Positions 1-8,766 of a stretch of DNA of 64,000 nucleotides are shown piece after piece. The notes beneath the pieces were generated by a model that was given only the letters and a program-made list of their open reading frames with translations, did no database searches and was not told where the DNA came from. The DNA lies in contig OZ220733.1 in assembly GCA_965116875.1 (NCBI GenBank), positions 5,088,001 to 5,152,000 of the forward strand, written 5' to 3'. Numbering within the stretch: the stretch's first letter is position 1; each line of letters begins with the position of its first letter. Origin of the DNA: Candidatus Latescibacterota bacterium (GTDB lineage Bacteria; Latescibacterota; UBA2968; GCA-2709665). The translations under genes and the position numbers were made by a program.

Positions 1-371
1 CGCAAAAAGCCGTCGTCAACCAGCGCAAACTGATACTCACCCTTGCGCTCGCCGAATTGTGCGGACACGCGCCATTGCCACATACGTACGGTTTTTTCTA
101 CTTCAGGAAACGACGCTTCCAATTCAGGTCCGAGCGCACCTGAGGTTCCGCTTTCATAGGTAGTACGGGTTGTTTTGCGCACTTCCCGAATCACTTTGTA
201 AATCCGGTCGCCCAGAGTGTGAAATCGATCGACCGAAAACTCCTGGTTGACGTACAACAAAATCAAGATGCCACCCGCCAACCCGATTGCGAGTCCCGCC
301 ACATTTATGGAGGTGTACAATTTGTGCCGTAGCAAATTGCGGACCGCGACAATCAGAAGATTCTTGATCAC
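1..371 (-). CDS. ABC transporter permease (MacB/FtsX-like), N-terminal part, runs off the window
   Basis: Manual translation from GTG at 371 after GGAG: MIKNLLIVAVRNLLRHKLYTSINVAGLAIGLAGGILILLYVNQEFSVDRFH..., the typical N-terminus of this permease family. Not in the ORF track. Confidence 0.85.
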   Translation of the reverse strand, partial: MIKNLLIVAVRNLLRHKLYTSINVAGLAIGLAGGILILLYVNQEFSVDRFHTLGDRIYKVIREVRKTTRTTYESGTSGALGPELEASFPEVEKTVRMWQWRVSAQFGERKGEYQFALVDDGFL

Positions 372-510
372 TGGTGTCTCCAAAGGTAGATTCTAGAGCA
401 AGGAATATGACGACAACGCCCTGCCTACCGACCGTTTAATTCGGCTCGTTGAACACACTGTCGTGGATACCTGCCGGGTGTATCTCATCAATCGGTTGTG
501 TAGCTCAAAA

Positions 511-627
511 GCAATAATCCTGCCATAAGAATCAAATAACTAAATAACAATAGGTTATAAGATTCTTGAAAAAAGCGCCGGCTTGAAAGTGTTCGTTTTT
601 GATACAGTAATGTCCGATTTCGATACA
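511..627 (-). promoter_or_regulatory. sigma54-type promoter with tandem upstream activator-like sites
   Basis: Minus strand TGGCAGGATTATTGC (GG-N10-GC, 525-511); TGT-N11-ACA boxes at 590-606 and 611-627; AT-rich IHF-like spacer. Confidence 0.65.
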
Positions 628-1068
628 ATAGTAGTCGGCATGGGGGCGGCGTTGGTTTGTAGCTGCTCGTGATGATGGACAAGGACGATTTGCAGATGCC
701 GGCATCCGAACAACACGATCCACAGTGACGAGGTACTGAGCTCGCCTCTCCAGTCGGGTGGATCCCCATTTGGCATCAGCCGTCGCCGTCCCTTCGACAG
801 GCCAGGACACCGGATCAAGGACCTGTACGCATTCTGCGAATCCCCCGATGGGCAGCGGTTACACCATTGAAAGAGCGGGCGCATTCACTACCACCTTTTT
901 GGGTTGCGGCTGAGTACGGCGACGCCGCACTGGCACATGCACCTGCCTGCTTTGCGGCGGAGGGGCGTTGTGATGCACAGATATAAATATCTTCACCACC
1001 TTAAAACCAGCTTCCCGCACGTCTCGATAGTGCAATGGACAGTGTTGTCTGCCTACAGGGAATGGCAA

Positions 1069-1881
1069 ATGGTGGGCCGAAGAATAGGGTCAACGGCGAT
1101 CATGCTCATGATTCTACTGCTTGCATCGGCGGGCTTCGCGACGGAACAAAGCGAAGGGAGCGTGGAGGACCTGCGTCGGCGCGTCTTGCAAGGCGAGGCC
1201 GAGGCGCAATTCCTTCTCGGGGCCATGTACGCGAGCGCACGCGGCGTGAAGCAGGACTTCGCTGAAGCGGTCAGATTGTTGCGTCTCGCCGCGAAACAGG
1301 GTCATGCCGACGCGCAGGCCAGCCTCGGATGGATGTACGCCCAGGGTCTGGGCCTGAATAGAGACGACGCAGAGGCCGTCAAATGGTACCGTGCCGCGGC
1401 GAATCAGGGACACGCGGACGCCCGGTTCAAGCTGGGAACGGCTTATTCCCGCGGTCGCGGCGTGCGAAGAGACCTCGAGAAAGCGATCGAAATGTATCGC
1501 TCCGCGGCGGCCCAGGGCCACGCCGGCGCGCAGTACCTGCTTGGGATCATGTACGCCAACGCCCGCGGCGTGCCCCGCGACTATACCGAGGCGCTCAAGT
1601 GGTTCCGCCTCGCGGTCGACCAGGGGTTTTCACGAGCCCGATCACAGCTGGGGATGATGTACGCCATGGGCCTGGGCGTGGAGCGGGACGACGTTAAAGC
1701 CCACGCGCATTGCAGCCTGGCCGCCGCTGCCGGAGACAGCCTGGGCGTCGTCGTACGCGACAACCTGGAGAATTCGATGACGCCCTCCCAGATCGCCGAA
1801 GCCCGCCGGCTTGCGAAGGAATGGAGCGAGGAAGCGAAGTCCAATCAGGAAAAATCGCAAAATTCAGGATCGACAGAATAG
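1069..1881 (+). CDS. Secreted Sel1-like repeat (SLR) protein
   Basis: Repeated AQxxLGxMYxxGxGVxxDxxEAxKWxRxAAxQG units; signal peptide from ATG 1069 (the ORF-track start at 904 is probably an extension). Confidence 0.9.
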   Translation: MVGRRIGSTAIMLMILLLASAGFATEQSEGSVEDLRRRVLQGEAEAQFLLGAMYASARGVKQDFAEAVRLLRLAAKQGHADAQASLGWMYAQGLGLNRDDAEAVKWYRAAANQGHADARFKLGTAYSRGRGVRRDLEKAIEMYRSAAAQGHAGAQYLLGIMYANARGVPRDYTEALKWFRLAVDQGFSRARSQLGMMYAMGLGVERDDVKAHAHCSLAAAAGDSLGVVVRDNLENSMTPSQIAEARRLAKEWSEEAKSNQEKSQNSGSTE

Positions 1882-2100
1882 ATAGTAAACCGCCAACCAA
1901 TTCCAACCGGGTCGCGATAGCAAGGTCACCCTAAAAAAACATAAAATTCCCTGCTATTTGTACTTCCTATATAGTCTCTTGCTGAATCGGGCACGCCGAT
2001 ATTGTCGACATTGACATTGGAAGTAAACTACTGTATTTTGTCACGAATTCGGAACTGTTTTCAGCCGAAAAATCGGTTTCGTTCCTGACTATTTGGAGAT

Positions 2101-2613
2101 GTGGATATGGCAACGCTTCCTCTCTTGGGCAGGCCGTATAGTTTCGTCGCAGAGTCTGCGCCGGTTTACACCGACGGTCGTAACCCTGGGGACGAGTCCG
2201 CCGATAGAGGATTTGTTCAGGATATTCGACGAGCTATTGACGAAATTAACGCAGTATCGCTAGAAAAAATCTCTGATCTTCAAGCTGCCCTGGAGTGCTT
2301 GGAAGAGACTCCGGAAGATTACCGTTCGTTGTGTAAGGACGGAGACGTAGAAACACTCATCAAGCAAATTGAGATCTCCGAAGCTGATGAAAAGAAGGCA
2401 AGGAAATACATCACCTGCTCCCAGAAACAACTGGAGAATACAAATGCAGCATTGGCTGGTAAACTCCGAGAGGCAGACGGGAATTTATACGACATAGTCT
2501 CTCTGCTTCAAGAGATCAGGTGGCGCATTATGATCCTCGATCGCGGAGAACAGCCAGGTTCCGGGAAGGTCTATGGTTCTGCAAAAGAAGCTCTTGATGC
2601 CTTATGGAGCTAG
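2101..2613 (+). CDS. Hypothetical helical protein, putative antitoxin
   Basis: 170 aa with GGAG RBS; 3 bp upstream of a RelE-like gene; C-terminus GKVYGSAKEALDAL resembles antitoxin tails. Confidence 0.55.
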   Translation: MDMATLPLLGRPYSFVAESAPVYTDGRNPGDESADRGFVQDIRRAIDEINAVSLEKISDLQAALECLEETPEDYRSLCKDGDVETLIKQIEISEADEKKARKYITCSQKQLENTNAALAGKLREADGNLYDIVSLLQEIRWRIMILDRGEQPGSGKVYGSAKEALDALWS

Positions 2614-2616
2614 GGA

Positions 2617-2958
2617 GTGCAGGGATTTCAATTACCTCCCATAAAGTCATTCCGGGTCTTTAGTGCCAGGTTCAAGAGAGACTTCAAAGGTCTACCGCCG
2701 GAAATCAAGGGTCAATTCGAGGCAGTCTTCAGTGAATTAGAAAAGGGAGCGTTGTCCAGGGGACGACGCCTAGAAAAAGTAGACAATGCTTTTACAGTTC
2801 GGTTAGACCAGAAATTCCGACTTGCCTTCTCCTTGTACAACGGTGACACCGTCGAACTTCTGGCAATAGGCAATCATGATCAAGTGTATGGATGTGTGAA
2901 CAGGACGCGAACGAAAAGAAAATCGGCAGAGCATCGACGAAGAAAACGGGAACGATAG
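2617..2958 (+). CDS. RelE/ParE-superfamily toxin-like protein
   Basis: FSARFKRDFKGLP...FTVRLDQKFRLAF...VELLAIGNHDQVY pattern of RelE-fold mRNA interferases. Confidence 0.75.
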   Translation: MQGFQLPPIKSFRVFSARFKRDFKGLPPEIKGQFEAVFSELEKGALSRGRRLEKVDNAFTVRLDQKFRLAFSLYNGDTVELLAIGNHDQVYGCVNRTRTKRKSAEHRRRKRER

Positions 2959-2970
2959 ATTCGCGATGAT

Positions 2971-3013
2971 TTACAAAAGAGGCCCCCTGAATTGAGGGGG
3001 CCTCTTTTTGTAA
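2971..3013. terminator. Bidirectional intrinsic terminator
   Basis: ttacaaaagaggccccct-gaattg-agggggcctctttttgtaa inverted repeat with A- and T-tracts. Confidence 0.85.
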
Positions 3014-3328
3014 CGGTATTGGCGTAACGCTCACACCGGCTGCGGTTCGTACCGTTCGACCTTGATTTTATGTTCTTGCGCCTGCGCGACGTCGCAGACC
3101 GCCGGCAGTCGTCGAACAAGAAGCCCTCGCCAGCCGCACCACCATTACCCTGTGTTCCAGGGTCGCGAACAGGAAGGCATCCCAATTCCGGCAAGATCTA
3201 CATAACGCAGCCACTTCGCGTTTCCAGTCAGCATAACGCATAGGTATCGTCCGTCATTACGTCAGCACGATGTGGATGCGTATTGTTTTCGGTTGACATT
3301 TTGCATTCTAATTGCATATTTTCAAGTC

Positions 3329-4552
3329 ATGCCCCATCACTACATCACGCGATCTCTTGAACCTGTCCTCAGAAAGGCGGCCGGCGAGTTTCCGGCCGTC
3401 ATCCTGACCGGTCCGCGCCAGTCCGGCAAGACAACACTCCTTAAACATCTGTTTCGCGAGCAGTTCCGCTACGTATCCGTAGAGCCACCGGATGTTCGCG
3501 CGGCTGCTACCGAAGACCCTCGAGGATTCCTGGAACTGTATCCCGCGCCGGCGATCTTCGACGAGGTGCAATACGCACCCGATCTGCTCTTCTATATTAA
3601 GGAGAAGATCGACGCAAACCGTAACCGAGCCGGTCAATATCTGTTGACGGGCTCCCAGAATCTGCTGCTCGTCCGGAACATAACCGAGTCGCTTGCGGGT
3701 CGTGCCGCGATTCTCCGACTCTTGCCGCTGTCGAGGCGTGAAGTCGAAGGGCATCCCCAGGCTCCCCTCGTCTGGGAACGCGAAAGCCGGTCATCCGCGA
3801 GTCCGCACTCCGGCTTCGGTGAATTGTGGCAGGAGTTTCTTCGCGGCGGTTATCCGGAACTCGCGACCCAGCCCGACCGGGATGTCTCTCTGTGGCATTC
3901 AAGCTATATTCAGACCTATCTCGAACGGGACGTGCGCGCGCTGCGGCAGGTCGGCGACCTGACTCTGTTTCAGAATTTCCTGCGGGTGCTGGCGGCCCGA
4001 AGCGCCCAGTCGCTGAATCTGTCCGACGTCGCACGCGACCTCGGTGTTGCCGTCAATACGACCAGGGCATGGCTTTCCGTACTCGAAGCCACCTATCAGG
4101 TCATCGTCCTTCGCCCGTACTTCGCCAACATCGGGAAACGGCTTGTCAAGTCACCGAAAGTCTATTTCAGCGACGTTGGGACCCTCTGCCACCTGGTCGG
4201 CCTGAAAGACCCGAACCATGCGGCATCGGGCCCCATGGGCGGTGCGATCATGGAGACCGCGGTACTGTCAGAAATCATACGGACGTTGACCCACCGTGGA
4301 ATAGACGCACGGGTGTATTTCTGGCGAACCCAGGCGGGAACCGAAGTTGATTTCGTGGTTGAAACAGGCGAAGGGCTCGTCCCCATCGAAGTAAAGCTGT
4401 CCGCCACACCCCGCCAGGCCATGGCCAACGCCATCAGGACATTTCAGGATGATTTGAAAACAAGGACCGGACCCGGATTCGTCATACATCCGGGAGACAT
4501 CCGCTTGCCGCTCGCACCGTCGGTTTCCGCCGTACCCTTCGCTGAACTGTAG
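3329..4552 (+). CDS. AAA+ ATPase (AAA_14 + DUF4143)
   Basis: Walker A GPRQSGKTT, Walker B IFDEVQ, LTGSQ, GGYPE, YLERDVR, KSPKVYFSDVG, EVDFVVE...PIEVK. Confidence 0.9.
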   Translation: MPHHYITRSLEPVLRKAAGEFPAVILTGPRQSGKTTLLKHLFREQFRYVSVEPPDVRAAATEDPRGFLELYPAPAIFDEVQYAPDLLFYIKEKIDANRNRAGQYLLTGSQNLLLVRNITESLAGRAAILRLLPLSRREVEGHPQAPLVWERESRSSASPHSGFGELWQEFLRGGYPELATQPDRDVSLWHSSYIQTYLERDVRALRQVGDLTLFQNFLRVLAARSAQSLNLSDVARDLGVAVNTTRAWLSVLEATYQVIVLRPYFANIGKRLVKSPKVYFSDVGTLCHLVGLKDPNHAASGPMGGAIMETAVLSEIIRTLTHRGIDARVYFWRTQAGTEVDFVVETGEGLVPIEVKLSATPRQAMANAIRTFQDDLKTRTGPGFVIHPGDIRLPLAPSVSAVPFAEL

Positions 4553-4658
4553 CCTTCGATTAGCCTCAATATAGAAAAAACCCCGGAAGGGTTGAAAGGA
4601 GCCCCAGAGGAGATGCCGTCTTCGAGGTCTGGACTGTCGAATGCCATTCTTCGGTCGT

Positions 4659-6367
4659 TCAATGATACGCATGCTGAGCGATGGCTTCCACGAATTCAGG
4701 CGCTTCGATTTCTTCGAATCTCTTTTCGATGATTGAGACCGCGCCGGCTTTTTGCCAGGTTTCCCAATGTATCCGGAGGGTCGCGTGCACGTTTTCGGCG
4801 AGCCGGTCAGGCTCCGGGTGGACGATCACGAACCGTCGACCCTCCCTTCCGGCGTACCAATCCATCAACTCGTTGTTGACTCCCCTGTCGCCAAAGCCGT
4901 ATCCGCAAATTACCATTGTGTTCGCCTTTCCAACGGTCGACCTGAAGCAGTCCAGGAGTTCGCGAAATATCCCTGAGCCATCGTTCGAAAGCTTGTTGAA
5001 CGCGCCGATCAGCAGCATCCTCGGGATATCTTCCGCGTACAGAAAGGCGCCGTCAACCTCGATGCGCTGGGGATACAGATCAGGCGGGATGCGTCTGACT
5101 CTCCCGTCCCTGTAGCGGTACCAGTCTATAGAACCACGCAATTTCAGGAACGGAATCTTCACCTCCGATATGAGATCGCCGTTCCAGGGCGAAATGTCAT
5201 CCTCGCCGCCGGCAAACCCGTCGGCGAGCGAAACGTTCCTGTCCTTCAAAAACGCCTCGACGTGGGAATCGTGACAGAGCGTCGATATACAGGTTACGTT
5301 GAAGGCCTTACACGCGGTTTCGACGGCATTTAACCTTGATTCCTCATTTTTCGAGGACGTTAATTCGAATATGTGTCAGTAAAAAAGGCGATTTAACTGC
5401 TGATTACCAGGATACACCAGGACACTGTACGTGAACGGAAAAAATGTCCTTCATGACGACCATTTCGGCCCGTTTCGAAAGGTTTCGTCGCGGTGCCGCG
5501 TTGCGGCTTTTGCGGAATTAAGGTTAACTGGCGGGTGCGGTCCGGTTCGGGCCGGTAAAGCAGAAGGCTTCGCCTCACGACGTCCGCGATGTAGTTGCAC
5601 GTTTCCCCCAACAAGCCGCAAAGGTCGTCCGGAACGCCCGTCCGGGATGAATGTACTGCGGCTTCGCCTCTTGTCACGACTGTTTGGGTGAGTGACAGCC
5701 AGTTGGCCCTCAGCCTTTCCACAAACAGGCGAAGCGCCGGATTCTCCGTCTCGCCCAACTCATCATCCAGCGCCTGCCGCGCGAGGAAGTATATGTCCTC
5801 GTAATTGGCCTTCCGGTCGACGTATGTGGAAAGGTAAGACTCAGCCTCCTCATGAAGTCGCTTCACCATGCCCAGGGGTAATCTTACTTCCGCGGTTTTC
5901 GGTTCTTCGCCGCCGCTGATGTAAAAACACCCGTCGCCGTGCCGGGTAACGCCCCGTCCGGAAACAACCTGGTCGGTGAGGTCCTGCATCGAAGGGAAAC
6001 CGGCCGCTTCCGACGCGCCGGCGCCCAGAAACATGGCGATATTGGTATTCCTGTAGACGCCATGCCCTTCCCGCAGCCTGGGCGGGGGCTGATAGCGTTC
6101 GACCTGAATGCGTTCCTCCTGCCGCCGGGCTTGCAGAAGGTCGTGAGCCGTCTGCCTGCGCAACCAGTACTCGGCATCGGACCACCCGGCCTTCTCCAAT
6201 CGAATCGCCATTTCGGGCGAGATGCCCGCGTGTCCGTTGAGCACCCTGGACAGCGTGTGACGGGCCACGCCCAACACTCTCGCGGCGTCCGTGACGTTGA
6301 GGCAGAGCGGATCGAGCCAGTTCTCGACGATGCTGATACCGGGATGGGGCGGTTTCTCCATAGCCAT
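4659..6367 (-). pseudogene. HigA(HTH)-SIR2-like fusion ORF interrupted by a 190-bp insertion
   Basis: N-terminal PPHPG...[19 protein letters not shown] (HigA), then FLGAGAS (SIR2 NAD loop). After removing 5334-5527 the frame continues through ISTLCHD, LKLRGSIDW and ICGYGFGDRGVN to the stop at 4659. Confidence 0.8.
5334..5523. mobile_element. MITE-like element, 190 bp, TTAA target duplication
   Basis: TTAA at 5330-5333 and 5524-5527; terminal inverted repeats CCTTGATTCCTCA / CCTTAATTCCGCA (11/13); excision restores the reading frame. Confidence 0.85.
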
Positions 6368-6633
6368 GGCACTTACCCCGCGCTGTTTGTGGTAACACCG
6401 CTCGACGCCGTACCGGACGGCATTCGCTTACATCCAAGTCTACTCGTCAATCGACTGATTCACAGCAAGTTACAATCCCGAGAGCTCGGGCCGGGGGAGT
6501 GACTTCGAAGAGTTCCGTCCGACGGAGGGCGCTACGCACGGCATCTCAGGGCGAGGATTATCCGATTATCCGGAATATTACTGTTCTAGACGACATGAGG
6601 GACTACGTTGATAGAGAACGACACACCCCAAAC

Positions 6634-6662
6634 AATGTATCGCGTACCGGTACGCGTGTCAA
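6634..6662 (-). promoter_or_regulatory. sigma70 promoter with perfect operator palindrome
   Basis: TTGACA-N17-TACATT whose spacer holds CGCGTACCGGTACGCG (6641-6656). Confidence 0.75.
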
Positions 6663-6753
6663 GCGGCTTGTCCCTGAGTTCGAATGTGAGAATCACAGCA
6701 GCGACACGCCGTCGGTACGCTGCATTGACCAACATGGCGGGCGAACCAACCGG

Positions 6754-7911
6754 TCAGAAGTCGTCACCGGTCAGGATGTCGAGGTACTCGCGGTACGCAT
6801 AGAACCGGCCGCGCAGCCTCCCCGTGAATTCAGCAAGCACGGCGAGGCTTTCAAGTAATTCAATGGCCTTGCGGGCCGTTGGCGGCGTCATTCCCAGCAA
6901 CTCGCCCACTTTCCGGACGTCGACAACCGGATTGGACGGAAGTAAGTCCAGCAACCGAATTGCGGCGACGGTTGCGTGCTCACTGGCGAGAAGCCGGCGG
7001 CGGTCCCGTGCCACGACGGAATGAAGCGCCTCTGCGACACGAACACCATCCTCGGCGGCGTCACGTACGCACCCCAGAAAATACGTGGACCAGCCTTCCC
7101 AATCACCTTCGTCGCGAACGGCCGTCAACCGCGCGTAGTACTCCTGTTGACTGCGCCTGAACGCGACGCTGAGGTACAGGAGCGGTCGGTCGAGAAGCCC
7201 CCAATGCTCAATCAAAAGCGCGATCAACAACCTGCCGATGCGACCGTTTCCGTCGAGAAACGGATGAATCGTCTCAAATTGTGAGTGCGCAAGTCCAGCC
7301 CGCACCAGCGGCGGAAGATCGCTGTCGACGTGCAACCATCGTTCCAGCGCCGACAGCGCTTCAGGGACCTCTTCAGGCGGCGGCGGGACGAAGTGGGCGT
7401 TACCGGGCCGCGTGCCGCCGATCCAGTTCTGCGACCGGCGTACTTCGCCGGGCCTTTTTCCTTCGCCTCGAACCCCCTGCATCAAAATTCGGTGTGTGTC
7501 GCGAAGCAGGCGGATACCAAGAGGAAGTCCATTCGGGTCCGCGATCTGTTCTCGGGCATGCACAAGCGCCCTTACATAGTTGCAAACCTCACGAACATCG
7601 TCGAGACGTTGGCTCTGGCCGGTGGCTTCAAAAGTAACGACGTCCCGTAACGTGGCCTGCGTCCCTTCAATCCGGGAGGTAATAACCGCTTCCTTGCGCA
7701 CAAATCCGAATAGAAACCATTCGGCGCTGGGCACCATCACGCCCGCGATCCGGAGACGGGCAAGGGCCGCATCCGCCGCGTCGTGAAGTTCGATTGTCCG
7801 ACCGTCAATTGCCAGCGGTGGATCAACCGGCGGGAGCGGGAACGGTACAAACGCTCGAACTTCCTCGCCGAGGGTGCTGACAATTCGATATTGGCCGGTC
7901 ACACGTGGCAT
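6754..7911 (-). CDS. Fic family protein (Fic_N + Fic + C-terminal wHTH)
   Basis: EAVITSRIEGTQ, PGEVRRSQNWIGG and canonical HPFLDGNGRIGR motif. Confidence 0.92.
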   Translation of the reverse strand: MPRVTGQYRIVSTLGEEVRAFVPFPLPPVDPPLAIDGRTIELHDAADAALARLRIAGVMVPSAEWFLFGFVRKEAVITSRIEGTQATLRDVVTFEATGQSQRLDDVREVCNYVRALVHAREQIADPNGLPLGIRLLRDTHRILMQGVRGEGKRPGEVRRSQNWIGGTRPGNAHFVPPPPEEVPEALSALERWLHVDSDLPPLVRAGLAHSQFETIHPFLDGNGRIGRLLIALLIEHWGLLDRPLLYLSVAFRRSQQEYYARLTAVRDEGDWEGWSTYFLGCVRDAAEDGVRVAEALHSVVARDRRRLLASEHATVAAIRLLDLLPSNPVVDVRKVGELLGMTPPTARKAIELLESLAVLAEFTGRLRGRFYAYREYLDILTGDDF

Positions 7912-7950
7912 AGATGGATTAACCGCCTTTCCTTTGTAGATATGTTAAGA

Positions 7951-8025
7951 AATGATCGTTTCTTTGTCAAGAAATTATAAAATGTTCGTTTCTTTATGTA
8001 ATCTTTGCAATACGATCGTTTCCTT
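7951..8025. repeat. Three direct repeats at a 30-bp period over the fic promoter
   Basis: TCGTTTCYTT at 7956, 7986 and 8016; overlaps a minus-strand TTGACA-N17-TAACAT. Confidence 0.65.
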
Positions 8026-8169
8026 AAATCCTTGCCTTTCTGTACGCCGCCGCATAAAATGAGACCCCGACGGGCGATGCCATCGGGGTCATTCAATCGT
8101 TCGAACGAATGTCGTTTGCAATTCCGGTTCAATGGAAATCGTTTGCGTATCTCTCTGAGGTCTTTTTCG

Positions 8170-8766
8170 TCAGGGTCTGACGATCTGGCGCCAGACTGAA
8201 TGCGCGACCGTTTCCAGTTCCGCCGCGGATCCAGTGTTTTCGATCACGAAGTCCGCGGCCTCAACCTTGTCGGACTCCGGCAGTTGGCACGCCATCCGTT
8301 CCCGGACTTCCGTCTCCGACAGCCCCTTCCGCTCCATCGCCCGCTGGATCCGGACCGTCTCCGGCGCCGTGACGACCACGAGAACGTCGCAAAGATCGCG
8401 ATGCTCGCCCCACTCCAGGATCAGCGCGGCATCGATCACGACAGGACGTTGAGGACGATGCGCGAGCGCGCTTCGGGTGCGTTCCTTCAACTTCGCCGTG
8501 AGCGTGGGCCAGACGATGGCGTTCAGCCGGTCCCGCGCCTCCGTTGACGCGAAGGCGCGCCGGCCCAGTTCCCGGCGCACCAGCACACCGTTCTCATCCA
8601 GGATACCCGGGCCGAACGTCTCTGCCAGCGACCGCAAAACCGCCGGGTCGTCCACCGCCGCCCGCCCCACCTCGTCCGCCTCGATCACGTACGCGCCATG
8701 CCGGGCGAATACGTCGCAAACGCGGCTCTTGCCGGCGCCGATACCCCCCGTCACGCCAACGATCAC
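8170..8766 (-). CDS. coaE: Dephospho-CoA kinase
   Basis: VGVTGGIGAGKS, IEADEVG, VIDAALILE, ADFVIENTG. Confidence 0.95.
   Translation of the reverse strand: MIVGVTGGIGAGKSRVCDVFARHGAYVIEADEVGRAAVDDPAVLRSLAETFGPGILDENGVLVRRELGRRAFASTEARDRLNAIVWPTLTAKLKERTRSALAHRPQRPVVIDAALILEWGEHRDLCDVLVVVTAPETVRIQRAMERKGLSETEVRERMACQLPESDKVEAADFVIENTGSAAELETVAHSVWRQIVRP

Noticed and set aside
6370-6630. Intact higB toxin gene
   Set aside because: No ORF with HigB-like sequence; only a weak YH-ending fragment.
7951-8025. Mini-CRISPR or plasmid iterons
   Set aside because: The conserved core is only about 10 bp, and no rep or cas gene is nearby; better explained as operator sites.
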